From NCBI RefSeq assembly GCF_963921235.1, contig NC_086097.1:251350001-251414000 (forward strand): a stretch of DNA of 64,000 nucleotides. The letters run 5' to 3'. The notes beneath the pieces were generated by a model, which saw only the letters and a list, made by a program, of their open reading frames with translations, did not search any database and had not been told where the DNA came from. The position numbers and the translations under genes were made by a program. The DNA comes from Mobula hypostoma. Its lineage: Eukaryota. How positions within the stretch are numbered: the first letter of the stretch is position 1; every line of letters starts with the position of its first letter. Below are positions 1-13,225 of this stretch, in pieces.

Positions 1-59
1 TATTGCCACTAGTGATTTAACAAATAATAAGATGCATTTACTGTAGAACACAAATTAAA

Positions 60-630
60 AAGTAAACAGTATCATGCTACTGATGCATCACACATTGATG
101 AGACCTGGGTGGTGGCAGGAAGTTCAGTAGTCTCACGTCCTGGGCGAAGAAGGTGCTTCCCATGCTAACAGTACCTCCTGCCTGATATTAGGGGGTCAAG
201 GAGATTGTTGGATGGACGGGAGGGATCGTTGACAATGTGTGACAGCATTCCTGATAACGATCTCAGCCGGGTGGACCCGTGTCCCTAATGATCCTCTCAG
301 CAGCAGTGGCAATCCTTGGTGGGGTCTGGCAGTCAGATGCCTTGCAATTTCCCTGCCAGATGGTGTTGTAGCTGATCCAGACACTCTCGATGGTGCCCCC
401 ATAAAAATTGGTAAGAATGGAGGTGGGAGCCTTGCTTGCTTCAATCTCCTCAGGAAGTGCTGCTGTGCTTTCTTAACTAAAGAGGAGGTGTTGAGGGACC
501 AGGTGAAATCATCCACTATGAGCACTCCCAAAAACTTGGTGCCCTGACTCGCTCAATGGCCGAGCCGTTTACGCGCGGTGAGAAGTGGCCAGCCTGCATC
601 TTCCTAAAGGCCACAATCACCTCTCTTTCG
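60..630 (-). mobile_element. Degraded Rex1/Babar-like LINE, 3' fragment
   Basis: ORF 196-531 reads TWSLNTSSLVKKAQQHFLRRLK, typical of the post-RT region of this clade. Confidence 0.7.
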
Positions 631-1662
631 TCATATATAGAATAATTCTTTGATTATAAAATCTTTAAATCAAACAATTATGACTACTGACTGCTTTGCC
701 CTTAACTGTGATGAGGTGATTTACTATAGAAAATAATCACATTCGAATTGAGATACAAATCTGTTTTGCATTGTATGATTTTGCAATTTTTTTGCTAATT
801 GCATGGCCGTTACAATTCAGGGAATGCTCAAACAATTCGGTAAGTTGAGTGACAGTAAATTCTATGACTGCAAATTCTGTACACAAATAGTTTTCAATAG
901 AACCTGCTAGATATTGGTTTTTAGAAACTTACAATGTAGATTTAAACCTTCATGCCTTTACCATCCCTTATTGTTCTACACCCATTATATCACCAACATT
1001 CTGTATACTCCTTATTCCACAGGTTGTGCATTTAATTCTAGAATTAAAGAAAAACTCCTCTCTGAAACAGTTGTTAATGGACCTTAATCGAATTTGATGT
1101 CATTGAACTATTTGCCAAAATCTTCACCTTGATACTCTCTTATATAAGCTAAAATTCAAACTTAATGTAAATTTGTCAGATCTGCAAACTTTATGAGAAT
1201 TTCTGATCAGTAACTAAATAATTAAATTATTACACCTGTCTCAGTGTGGACACTTTACCCAGTTGTTCTGGGTATTTCCTTTCAATTAATTACTTTATAT
1301 TCTCCACATAAATTATAACCCATGGAACATGGACCAGTACAACACAGCGCAGGGATTTCAGCTCAAGACGTTGTGCTGATCTCTTATCCGACTCTAAGAT
1401 CAATCTAATCCCTTCCCTCTCACATAACCCTCAATGTTCCTGTCATCCATGTGCCTATCTAAGAGTCTCTTAAATATCCTTCGTGCACCTGCCTCTACCA
1501 CCACCCCTGGCAGGGTGTTACACGCACAAGCCTCTCTGTGTGTAAAACAAGAGACCTCGGACATCTCCCCTATATTTTCCTCCGTCACCATAAAATTACG
1601 CTCTCTCACATTAGCCACTTCGACCCTGGGGAAAAGTCTCTGACGACCCACTCTACCTGTGC

Positions 1663-2465
1663 CAAGTCAAGTCAAGTCAAGTCAAGTCACTTTTTATTGT
1701 CATTTCGACCATAACTGCTGGCACAGTACACAGTAAAAACGAGACAATGTTTTTCAGGACCATGGTTCGACATGAAACAATGCAAAATCTACACTGAACT
1801 ACGTAAAACAACACTAAACTACACTAGACTACAGACCTACCCAGGACTGCATAAAGTGCACAAAACAGTGCCGGCATTACAATAAATAAACAAGACAATA
1901 TTCACAGTAGAGGGCAGTAGGTTGGTGTCACTCCAGGCTCTGGGTATTGAGGAGTGTAATGCCTTGGGGGAAGAAACTGTTACATAGTCTGGTCGTGAGA
2001 GCCCGAATGCTTCAGTGCCTTTTGCCAGATGGCAGAAGGGAGAAGAATTTGTATGAGGGATGCGTGGGGTCCTTCGTAATGCTGTTTGCTTTACGGATGC
2101 AGTGTGTGGTGTAAATGTCTGTACTGGCGGGAAGAGAGACCCCGCTGATCTTCTCAGCTGACCTCACTATCTGCTGCAGGGTCTTGCGATCCGAGATGGT
2201 GCAATTTCTGAACCAGGCAGTGATCCAGCTGCTCAGGGTACTCTCTTACAACCTCTGTAGAATGTGGTGAGGATGGGGGGTGGGAGATGGACTTTTCTCA
2301 GCCTTCACAGAAAGTAGAGACGCCTCTGGGCTTTCTTGGCTATGGAGCTGGTGTTGGGGGACCAGGTGAGATTCTCCACCAGGTGAACATCAAGAAATTT
2401 AGTGCTCTTAACGATCTTTATGGAGGAGTCATCGATGTTCAGCGGAGAGTGGTCGCTCTGTGTCC
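1663..2465 (-). mobile_element. Rex1/Babar-like LINE 3' fragment with (ACTTG)n tail
   Basis: (CAAGT)5 at 1663-1688 followed by degenerate LINE C-terminal coding sequence on the minus strand. Confidence 0.7.
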
Positions 2466-2607
2466 TCTTTTACACCTCTTGTACTCCTCATCTTGAAAAT
2501 CTCTACCTTATCATCTCTTGGATAAGCTAAAATTCATACTTAATGTAGGTTTGTCAGAGCTGCAAACCTTTCAAGAATTTTCAATCGGTAACTGAAGAGG
2601 AATACAG

Positions 2608-2790
2608 CCCGCCAGCAGTGTAGTGGTATCTGTACCGGACCTCGAGGTGAGTGGTCCAGGCTTCAAATCTGGCCGGCTCCTTGCACGCTTTCCATCCGTG
2701 CTGGGTTGAGCATCAAGCTAGCAACTCGACCTTGTAAAAACAGACAAAGGCTAAAGAACCAGCAAGGTTGCCACCCGATGTGCCAGTGAG
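2608..2790 (+). mobile_element. tRNA-derived SINE remnant
   Basis: A-box-like gtgtagtggta and B-box-like gcttcaaatct at tRNA-like spacing. Confidence 0.5.
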
Positions 2791-2990
2791 ATGCAGATGG
2801 ATATTTTGTATTGTACTATAACTGATGAAGAAATTTTTGGTTATTACAGGTACCTAAGTAAAAAACATTTTACATAATTGGATTGGCTATTCATTTCCAA
2901 TTAAATATTTTATATTCTTATATTTCTAATATTTGTAAATGTTGTTGTCATTGCTTTTTAAGTATCAATGATATTTTCTTAATTTTGAAG

Positions 2991-3123
2991 AGGTGGTGTA
3001 GCACTTTGCCTGAATTCTCAGGGACGACGGAATGGAGAAGCGCTTGTGAGGTTCATCGATAGTGAACATAGAGACCTGGCACTACAGAGGCATAAACATC
3101 ACATGGGCAATCGATACATTGAG
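2991..3123 (+). CDS. esrp1: esrp1 coding exon, C-terminal part of RRM1 ([44 protein letters not shown])
   Basis: Acceptor ttttgaag|, donor GAG|gtatgc; 1 nt plus 44 codons; translation matches ESRP RRM1. Upstream exons lie outside the window. Confidence 0.95.
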
Positions 3124-5204
3124 GTATGCCAACATCTTAACTTGCTTGAGTTTGAATTGCCAGTCAGGGAAAACCACTTTCAGGAAAATATGGCTGCAGG
3201 CTGTCCCACGGCACATGGTATTCCCAAGTGGTCTGCCATCAAAGTACTCACCAGGCCTGAACCTACATACCTTCCAAGAGGGGTTGAGATGGTACATTAG
3301 TATCATGAAATCTTGCTATTCCCAAAGCAGAAGGAATAATGGTGTTGACTATTTTCTCAGCGGGGAGCAAAGCAGAAATCAGAAATGCAGGAATCCCTAA
3401 AGGTTAACTTGCAGATTGAGTCAGTGGTGAGGAAAGAAAATGCAATGTTAGAATTCATTTCAAGAGAACTAGAATATAAACCTAAGATATAATGCTGAGG
3501 CTTTATAAGACATTGGTCAGACTGCACTTGGAGTATTATGAGCATTTTTGGGCCCCTTACCTAAGCAAAGAGGATGGTGAATCTGTGGAATCCGTAGCTA
3601 CAGGCAGCCACGGAGGCCAAATCATTGGGTATATTTAAAGCTGAGGTTGACAGGTTCTTGATTAGTAAGGGTGTTAAAGTTTACAGGGAGAAGGCAGGAG
3701 AATGGAGTTGAGAGGAATAATAAATCAGCCATGATGGAATAATGGAGCAGATTTGATGGGCTGAATGGCCTAATTCTGCTCCAATATCTTATCGTGCTAT
3801 GGACAGTGAGGGAGTTACCATGGTACGTTAATTTTCTAGTGATACCTCTCATCCCCCAAGGCCTTCCTTCATTCCTTTTCCTCAGGCGTACTCAAGGTGT
3901 TTCAAGGTAAAGTTATTTACAAAGTACATGTATTTTAGCGTGTACCACCCTGAGATTCATTGTCTTGTGGGCAGTAAATCCAAAACACATAACAGGATCA
4001 ATGAAAGACAGCACCCAACAGGATGGATAAAAAAAAACAATGTGGGAATACAAAAGAGAGAATAATAAAAATAAAAATAAAAATGCCTTGCTGCTCTACC
4101 CTCTGATGGGGAAGGCAACGGGAGTAAACCCTGAGGAAATATCCAGAGATGGGGTCCCTAAGGCAGTCCCGTGTTGAGTTCAGTGCTGACTGGTAACTCC
4201 TGCAACGCGGCTGGTGCAAACCGTATCAGTCTCTGCCATTCCTTTGGATTTATCAGCTGCGTGGAGAGGGGGAGTCTGCTGCATGGGCAGCAGCTTGCTC
4301 TCCATATTGTACTGCCCAGGCTTGTGTATTGACTGTGACAGCTAGGACACATCCATGTTCGACCCTAACCAACAGAGGCCATCAAAATTGACGTGTGCTG
4401 GTATATGCACAGGTGACAGGAAGCCTGTGCGGGAGAGTTTTTACTGTGAAAAGTCGTGTTACTGGGGCAGTTCCACTCTCGGTCTCGGAAGTCGGAGTCC
4501 AGTGGTAAGAGTAGTCATCACAATCTGGGGTCTTGGTTGCAGTGGATGACTACGATTCCTTCTGTGCCTCACCACACCCTCTGCCCTCCACTCTTGTTAT
4601 CAGTCCGCCTTCCCGGCCATCACACCTCACTGTACATCTCAGCCGCCCAATCCGCCGGAACTGAACTGATGTGTAATCTGTTTTCAAATAATCTCATGTT
4701 CACCACATAGTATGGATTCAGAAGAAAATGTCTCTTTTTGCAATCTCCAAGCATAACCTTTCTTCAGAAAGTGACAACTTAAGTTGGACTTGTGATACTT
4801 TTGCTTGTGATGTAATGAGGATGTCTGGATGAGCAGTGTGATACTGAATAGCTGGGGGGGGGGGTGGTGGTAACTAGAATCTGATTATCCCCTGTTGGAT
4901 GCTGATGTTTTTAATCCAAAGTTCCTACGGACATCAGGAAAGAGGCACAAAACTTATTGCTGCAGAATCGTTTTATTAAGCGTTGATAGAACAATAAAAT
5001 TGAAAACAGTGATAGAGGTTTAGTAAGTGAAGAGAGAGAGAAGCAAAAAAAATGGCACTGCTGTTTAGTCAGTTATTTTAATACCCATAGATCAGAAACA
5101 TCCCATTCAAATTTGTAAATAAGAGTCAGCCAATCAGAAAGCTGCTATTGAAATAATGCAGCTCTAAAAAGCTTCCAGAGTTTTCCAGAATGATACAAAA
5201 GTAA

Positions 5205-7306
5205 CACTAGGGAGCACACTGAACAATTGCATATACACACTGTGATCACTAGGGAACACACTGAACAACTGTTATACATAGAACATAGAATAGTACAGCA
5301 CAGTACAGGCCCTTCGGCCCACAATGTTGTGCCAACCCTCAAACCCTGCCTTGCATATAAGCCCCCAACTTAGATTCCTCCATATACCTGTCTAGTAGTC
5401 TCTTAAACTTCACTAGTGTATCTGCCTCCACCACTGACTCAGGCAGTGCATTCCACACACCAACCACTCTCTGAGTAAAAAACCTTCCTCTAATATCCCC
5501 TTTGAACTTCCCACCCCTTACCTTAAAGCCATGTCCTCTTGTACTGAGCAGTGGTGCCCTGGGGAAGAGGTGCTGCCTATCCACTCTATCTATTCCTCTC
5601 ATTATCTTGTACACCTCTATCATGTCTCCTCTCATCCTCCTTCTCTCCAAAGAGTAAAGCCCTAGCTCCCTTAATCTCTGATCATAATGCATACTTTCTA
5701 AACCAGGCAGCATCCTGGTAAATCTCCTCTGTACCCTTTACAATGCTTCCACATCCTTCCTATAGTGAGGTGACCAGAACTGGACGCAGTACTCCAAGTG
5801 TGGCCTAACCAAGGTTTTATAGAGCTGCATCATTACATCGCGACTCTTAAATTCTATCCCTCGACTTATGAAAGCTAACACCCCATAAGCTTTCTTAACT
5901 ACCCTATCCACCTGTGAGGCAACTTTCAGGGATTTGTGGACATGTACCCCAAGATCCCTCTGCTCCTCCACACTACCAAGTATCCTGCCAATTACTTTGT
6001 ACTCTGCCTTGGAGTTTGTCCTTCCAAAGTGTACCACCTCACACTTCTCCAGGTTGAACTCCATCTGCCACTTCTCAGCCCACTTCTGCATCCTATCAAT
6101 GTCTCTCTGCAATCTTCGACAATCCTCTACACTATCTACAACACCACCAACCTTTGTGTCGTCTTCAAACTTGCCAACCCATCCTTCTACCCCCACATCC
6201 AGGTCATTAATAAATATCACAAAAAGTAGAGGTCCCAGAACAGATCCTTGTGGGACACCACTAGTCACAATCCTCCAATCTGAATGTACTCCCTCCACCA
6301 CCACCCTCTGCCTTCTGCAGGCAAGCCAATTCTGTATCCACCTGGCCAAACTTCCCTGGATCCCATGCCTTCTAACTTTCTGAATAAGCCTACCGTGTGG
6401 AACCTTGTCAAATGCCTTACTAAAATCCATATAGATCATTCCCACTGCACTACCCTCATCTATATGCCTGGTCACCTCCTCAAAGAACTCTATCAGGCTT
6501 GTTAGACACGATCTGCCCTTCACAAAGCCATGCTGACTGTCCCTGATCAGACCATGATTCTCTAAATGCCTATAGATCCTATCTCTAAGAATCTTTTCCA
6601 ACAGCTTTCCCACCACAGATGTAAGGCTCATTGGTCTATAATTACCCAGCCTATCCCTACTACCTTTTTTGGACAAGGGGACAACATTCACCTCCCTCCA
6701 ATCCTCTGGTACCATTCCCGTGGACAACAAGGACATAAAGATCCTAGCCAGAGGCTCAGCAATCTCTTCTCTCGCCTCGTGGAGCAGCCTGGGGAATATT
6801 CCATCAGGCCCCGGGGACTTATCTGTCCTAATGTATGTTAACAACTCCAACACCTCCTCTCCCATGCTCCAGAATATCAACCTCACTCATATTGTCCTCA
6901 CCATCATCAAGTTCCCTCTCATTGGTGAATACCGAAGAGAAGTATTCATTGAGGACCTCGCTCACTTCCACAGCCTCCAGGCACACCTTCCCACCTTTAT
7001 CTCTAATCGGTTCTACCTTCACTCCTGTCATCCTTTTTTTCTTCACATAATTGAAGAATGCCTTGGGGTTTTCCTTTACCCTACTCGCCAAAGCCTTCTC
7101 ATGCCCCCTTCTTGCTCTTCTCAGCCCCTGCTTAAGCTCCTTTCTTGCTTCCCTATATTCCTCAATAGACCCATCTGATCCTTTCGTCCTAAACCTCATG
7201 TATGCTGCCTTCTTCCACCTGACTAGATTTTCCACCTCACTTGTCACTCATTGTGACCACTAGGGGACACACTGAACAACCGCATATACATATTGTGACC
7301 ACTAGG
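5205..7306. repeat. 42-bp minisatellite (about 3.2 units) split by a CR1 insertion
   Basis: cactaggg.cacactgaacaa..gcatataca units at 5205, 5247, 7258 and a partial unit at 7300. Confidence 0.75.
5277..7248 (-). mobile_element. CR1 LINE, 5'-truncated young copy (RT ORF with frameshifts)
   Basis: [28 protein letters not shown] and FEDD motifs; (TTCTATG)-type tail at 5277-5295. Confidence 0.95.
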
Positions 7307-7769
7307 AAATGTACTACGTAGTTACACGTGTATCATTAGTTATATAAAATTCAAGCAGGCAATAAATTGTTAAGCTGCAAAGAAAATAACAATTAAACAG
7401 TCTAATCCAACAACACCCCTATCTACTTTTGCTTTGTTTGGAATATACAAAAACTATAGCGAACTGTCAGGGTAAAAGAAAAGGTCATTGGCTGCAGGAT
7501 TTGTAAGTGTCCAAGACGTAAGAATCTGGCAGGAAAATTCATTGCAGACACTATACACCCTGCAAAACTGCCTTTTCCAAAAGGTCCCTTCTGGTTAACA
7601 CTATAGGATTTTTCAAACAAAAACTTCACATCATTGGTTACAGAGCAATCTGTATAAACTAATTTTAAGAATGATTGTGAAGTATGTCTCTGCCTAGACT
7701 GGGCATACAGATAAAGTGCCAGTGCTAATAAGCACATGTTTTGTAAACAAGAAATAAAATCCATGGCCT

Positions 7770-8220
7770 GTCAGATTCCCTCTTCTTCAGCCTTTTACCT
7801 CTTCCACCTATCGCCTCCCAGTTTCTTCCTTTATCCTCTGCCTATCACCTCCCCCGGTCCCTTCCTCCTTCCCTTTCTGTCATGGTCACTGTCAGATTCC
7901 TTCCTCTCTCGCCCTTTGCATTTTGCACTTGTCACCTCCCAGCCCCAACCTGGCTTCACATCACATGCCAGCTACTTAATTCTTCCCCCCAACACAATCC
8001 ACCTGGCCTAACCTATCACCCCACAGTTTCTCTTCCTTCCCCTCTCCCACCACCTTATTCTGGTGCCTTCCCCTTTTTCTCCCATCCAGATGAGTCTCGG
8101 CTCGAAACATCGCTGGTTTATTCCCTTCCATAGATGCTGCCTGATCTGCTGAATTCCTCCAGCATTTTGTGTGTGCGTTGCTCTGGGTTTCCAGTATCTG
8201 CACGTTCTCTCGTGCTTATC
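7770..8220 (+). mobile_element. Penelope-like element 3' end
   Basis: Pyrimidine-rich tract plus tagatgctgcctgatctgctgaattcctccagca tail, matching the end of the GIY-YIG-bearing copy at 57400-57830. Confidence 0.75.
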
Positions 8221-9083
8221 ACACAGAATTCACATGTTAATATTAAGCATTTCGTAGCAGAGTTAACCGTCGCACAAAATACTGGAGGAGCTCAGCAGAT
8301 CAGCCAGCATCTATGGAGAGGAATAAGCAGACCAAAACTCTACTTTAGCACTTGTACGTGTAGTGCTTTTTACTGCATTGAAATGTACTCAGCATAAATT
8401 ATAGAAAGATTGATAGAAACAGATAAAGAGCAGGGCAATTTTCTGTCCTTTTGTAATAAAATGCTGCAGAGTCCATAAGACATAGAAGCAGAATTCAGAG
8501 AATCGGTCATCAAGTCTGCTCTGCTGTTTCTTCATGGCTGATCTGATTTCATTGTAATTGCCGGTTTAAAAAGCAAACTTTGTAAGTGTTAACACAAACA
8601 ATGAGGTGATCTCTAAATCACAAGGCCATTAGAAATGAGAAAGATAAGGTCCATGTTACTCAGCACACCCAAATTCTGGAGGGACTCTGTAATTTGAACC
8701 AAAGGAGATTGGAGGCCCGGTGCCTGTCCTGAAGTTGGACGGTTGTAGGACTGACTGCGTGGGTGTGAGGGAGGGACGGGGCTTGTTCTGAAATTGGATG
8801 GTTGGAAGACTGACCATGTGGGTGTGATGGAGGGACGGGGCTTGTTCTGCTATGGCTCTTCTGTTGCTTGTTGTGTTCTGTGTTGTTCTGCCGAGCGTTG
8901 TGGGCTTGCTATGTTGGCGGCAGAATATGGGAAATCTTGAGGGCCGCTCCCAGCAGATCCTTGGATGCTTCAGCTGTCAACACAAACAACACATTTCTCT
9001 GTGCATTTGGGTGTACCTGTGATCAATCTGAATCTGAATCTGCTCCTTAAGATCCTATTCACGTCAACCTGAATCTGAAACAT

Positions 9084-9116
9084 GACGTTTCGGGCCAAGG
9101 CCCTTCATCAGGGCTG
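9084..9116 (-). ncRNA. Minimal hammerhead ribozyme motif in a Penelope end
   Basis: Minus strand CTGATGA-aGGGCCttGGCCC-GAAAC-GTC; the 3' arm of helix I is lost. Confidence 0.55.
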
Positions 9117-9168
9117 AAAAGGAAAGGAAGAAGACAGAATAAGAAGTTGGGGGGAGGGGAAGTAGTAC

Positions 9169-9580
9169 AAGCTGGCAGGTGACAGATGAGACCAGATGAG
9201 GAGGAAGGTGGATGGGGGGGTGAGGGGATGAAGTGAGAAGCTGGCAGGTGACAGGTGAGACCAGGTGAGGGGGAGGGAGAGTGGGGGGGGAGGGGATGAA
9301 GTGAGAAGCTGGCAGGTGACAGGTGAGACCAGGTGAGGGGGAAGGTGGATGGGGGAGAGGGGATGAAGTGAGAAGATGGCAGGTGACAGATGAGACCAGA
9401 TGAGGAGGAAGGTGGATGGGGGGTGAGGGGATGAAGTGAGAAGCTGGCAGGTGACAGGTGAAACCAGGTGAGGGGGAGGGAGAGTGGGGGGGAGGGGAAG
9501 TAGTACAAGCTGACAAGTGACAGGTGAGACCAGGTGAGGGGGAAGGTGGATGAGGGGGAGGGGATGAAGTGAAAAGCTGG
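9169..9580. repeat. Purine/G-rich minisatellite, about 6 units of 66-69 bp, inside a minus-strand Penelope 3' end
   Basis: aagctggcaggtgacag-like starts at 9169, 9238, 9306, 9373, 9441, 9507 and a partial unit at 9574. Confidence 0.9.
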
Positions 9581-9928
9581 GACCTGATAGGTTGAAGAAA
9601 TAAAGGGCTGAAGAATAAAGAATCTGATTGGCGAGAACAGTGGACCAAGGGAGAAAGGGAAGGAAGAGGGACAAAGAAAAAAGAAAATGTTAATTGTTTA
9701 TTGCTTTCCACAGATGCTGCCTAATCTGGTGAATTCCTGCAGCATTTTGTCTGTATTGCTGTGGATTACCAGCATCTGCAGAATCTCTTGTGCTGATCTG
9801 TAAAGCAAACTGACTTTCATTTGAGCACCAGGATATTGGAAAGCACTTTATAAACAATAAAATATTGTGTTGTGTTGAGGGGAATGCTCAGATCGCACAA
9901 TATCCTCATTGTTAACCTTTTTAAACAG

Positions 9929-9971
9929 GTATACAAGGCAACTGGGGAAGATTTTCTAAAGATTGCTGGAG
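9929..9971 (+). CDS. esrp1: esrp1 43-nt coding exon (VYKATGEDFLKIAG+G)
   Basis: Acceptor ttttaaacag|, donor G|gtaaag; phases fit both neighbours; EDFLKIAGG is the ESRP1-type linker. Confidence 0.95.
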
Positions 9972-11439
9972 GTAAAGAATATTTTATCCTTCATTATTAA
10001 AGCATCTACATCAACCATGTTAACATTTTTCAAACCAGTAAAATTAGGTACCCAGGAAGTCCAATTCTTATCAAAGGAAAATCAAAGGAAAAACGTGACC
10101 GTGTGGATTTCAAAGTTCAAAATAAATTTATTATCAAAGTACATAATGTCACCGTGTACAATCCAGAGGTTCATTTCCTTGCGGGCATTTACAGTAAATA
10201 CAAAGAAACACAATAGGATCAATACAAACCAGCTCACAACAAGATGGACAAACGACCAGTATACAACACACCGTGCAAATACAAAAAGAATAAAAAAGAA
10301 AAAATATATAAAATAATCAGAATCAGGCTAAATATCACTGGCCTTAGAACATAAGAATAGGAGCAGGAGTCGGCCATCTGGCCCATTGAGCCTGCCCAGC
10401 CATTCAATAAGATCATGGCTGATCTGTCCGTAAACTCAACTCCATCTACCTGTCTTTTCCCCGTCATCCTTAATTCCCTTACTATGTAAAAACCTATCTA
10501 ACTGTTTCTCAGATATTTTTAGTGAAGAAGCCACAGCTGCTTCCCTGGGCAGAGAATTCCACAGATTCACCCCTCTCTGGGAGAAACAGTTTCTCCTCAT
10601 CTCCGTCCTAAATCTTATCCCTTGAATCTTGAGGCAATGTCCCCTAGTTCTAGTTATGTCAAGTTACTTGTTATTGTAGATGCAGTACACTACAATACAT
10701 AATAAAACTAAATTACAGTAAGAAGTATATATATATTTAAAAAGTTAAATTAAATAAATAGTGCAAAAAGAGAAAAAAATGCTAGTGAAGTAGTGTTTGT
10801 GGGTTCAATTACCATTCAGAAGTTTGATGGCAAAGGGGAAAAAGCTATTCCTGAAATGTTAAGTGTGTGTCTTCAGGCTCCAGTAGCTCCTCCCTGATGT
10901 TAGCAATGAGAAGAGGGCACGTCCTGGGTGACGGGGGTCCTTAATGATGGATACCACCTTTCTGAGGCATCGCTCCTTGAAGATGTCCTCGATACTGGGG
11001 ATGCTAGTGCCCGGGATGGAGCTGACCGAGTTTACAACTTCCTGCAGCTTTGTCCGATCCTCAGCAGTGGCTCCTCCACATCAAATGGTGATGCAACCAG
11101 TTAGAATGCTCTCCACGGTCCATCTGCAGAAATAAATTAGTAATAAATATCAAGAACATGAGATGAATCTTTGAAAGTGCGTCTGGGTTTCCTCTGGGTG
11201 CTCCAGTTTCCTCCCACATTCTAAAAACATATTGGTTGCAGTTATTAAGTTGTGGGCATGCTATGTTGATGTCAGAAACATGGCGACTTTTGCAGACTGC
11301 CCCTAGCAACCCTCAATAACATTTCATTGCATGTTTTGATGTACGTGTTTCAAATAAAGTTAATCTTTAATCTTTTATTGTAATTAGCTTTTGGTTTGAC
11401 TTGGATTTTATTTTATGAACATATTTTTCCATTTTTAGA

Positions 11440-12056
11440 GTCGTGGAAAAATACAACACAGAAACTGGCCCTTCAGCCCATCTAGTTTGTGCTGAACCAT
11501 TTAAACTGTCTCCTCCCATTGACCTGCACCGGAACCATAGCCCTCCATATCCTTACCATCCGCGTACCTATCCACACACTCATGACCCTCTAAGTGAATA
11601 AGTTTCCCCTCATTTTCCCTGTAAACTTCGCACCTTTCACCCTTAACCCATGATCTCGAGTTGTAGTCTCACCCAACCTCAGTGGAAAAAGTCTGTTTGC
11701 ACTTACCCTATCCATATCCCTCTTAATTTTGTCAAATCTCCCCTCAATCTTCTATGTTTCCTGGAATGAAATCCTAACCTATTCAATTCTTCTTTATAAC
11801 TCAGGTCCTCCAGTCCCAGCAACATCCTTGTAAATTTTCTCCGCACTCTTTCAACCTTATTTACATCTTTCCTGTAGTTAGGTGACCAAAACTGCAAACA
11901 ATACTCCAAATTAGGCCTCACTAACGTCTTATACAATTTCAACATAACACCCCATCTCCAGCACTCAGTACGTTGATTTATAAAGGCCAATGTACCAGAA
12001 GCTTTCTTAATGACCCCATCTACCTGTGATGCCACTTCCAATGAATTATGGACCTG
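11440..12056 (-). mobile_element. CR1 LINE 3' fragment
   Basis: LYKTLVRPNLEYCLQFWSP in ORF 11703-12101. Confidence 0.85.
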
Positions 12057-12091
12057 TTTTATGATGTTAATTTTGCACTTATAATTACCAG

Positions 12092-12393
12092 GTACCTCCA
12101 ACGAAGTAGCACAATTCCTATCAAAGGCAAATCAAGTCATCATTCGACTGCGTGGTCTTCCTTTTGTGGCCACAGCAGAGGAGATCCTGGAGTTTTTTGG
12201 ATCAGATTGTCCAGTAACAGGTGGAAAGGAAGGAATACTTTTTGTCAAATACTCTGATGGGAGGCCAACAGGTGATGCTTTTGTACTATTTGCCTGTGAA
12301 GGACACGCCCAAACTGCACTCAAGAAGCACAGGGGCTTGTTGGGGAAGCGCTACCTCGAGCTGTTCAGGAGCACGGTTGCTGAGGTCCAACAG
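12092..12393 (+). CDS. esrp1: esrp1 coding exon, RRM2 ([11 protein letters not shown]...RLRGLPF...[11 protein letters not shown]...RSTVAEVQQ)
   Basis: Acceptor ttaccag|, donor CAG|gttagt; 302 nt; open frame continues from the 43-nt exon. Confidence 0.96.
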
Positions 12394-12984
12394 GTTAGTA
12401 CTGTGGTGTTCCTCCATCATATCCAACGATGACAGGAAACCTGTTAAAATGGAAAAGCCCTTACATTGGGGCTGTGCCACTCTGTCACCCTCAGAAGTCC
12501 AGGTGCAGTGCTATGCGTAGTCGTCACAAACTGGGGTCTTCCTTGGTTGCAGTGGATGACCATGACGACTTCTGTGCCTTGTCATGTCCTTCACTCTCCA
12601 CAGAGCGTTACAGAACTGCCTTTCTGGACGTTGGATCTCACTGTTGATCTCACTTGCCCAGTCCGCCTGCACTCGCTAGGACAGGCATGTCCCTATCTCA
12701 CCGGGGTATGAGGCCCACTAGCTACCCTTGCCTGGTTCAGCTGGCCTGTCGAAGCTGTCTACCAGGGTGCGGCAGCTGTCTCATGCAGAGCCACAGGTGA
12801 GAGCTGAGTGTCCAGTGGGGACCAAAGGTGAGTGAGCTGCCCCAGAACGGACATGACAAGCCCCTTTCACCAGAGATGATACCCCTCCCTAGACACCCCA
12901 TACAGCCCGGTTAGGGTTCGTACTATACTGCTGTCTTTAATTATTCTTTGGAGCACCACAGGCTACTTATTGAAGGTGATACAA

Positions 12985-13225
12985 AGTGCTAGAGCAACTC
13001 TGCAGGTCAGTTAGTGTCTATGGAGGGAATACACAGTTGAGCCAAGACCCTTCGTCAGAACATGAACTCCATAGAGTCCTCTCTACAGATGCTGATGACG
13101 GGCGTCAGCCTGAAACGTTGACTGTTTATTCCCCCTCCATAGATGCTGCCCGACCTGCTGAGTTCCTCCAGCATTCTGTGTGCGTTGCTCTGGATTTCCA
13201 GCGTCTGCAGAATCTCTTGTGTTTA
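12985..13225. mobile_element. Degenerate foldback of two Penelope ends
   Basis: Left arm (about 12985-13058) is the reverse complement of the right arm (about 13091-13180); CTGATGA...GAAAC at 13092-13116. Confidence 0.65.

Noticed and set aside
2608..2690. tRNA gene
   Set aside because: No convincing cloverleaf; A/B boxes are followed by SINE-like body sequence.
9059..9711. Pro/Ser/His-rich ORFs
   Set aside because: Translations of the 67-bp minisatellite.
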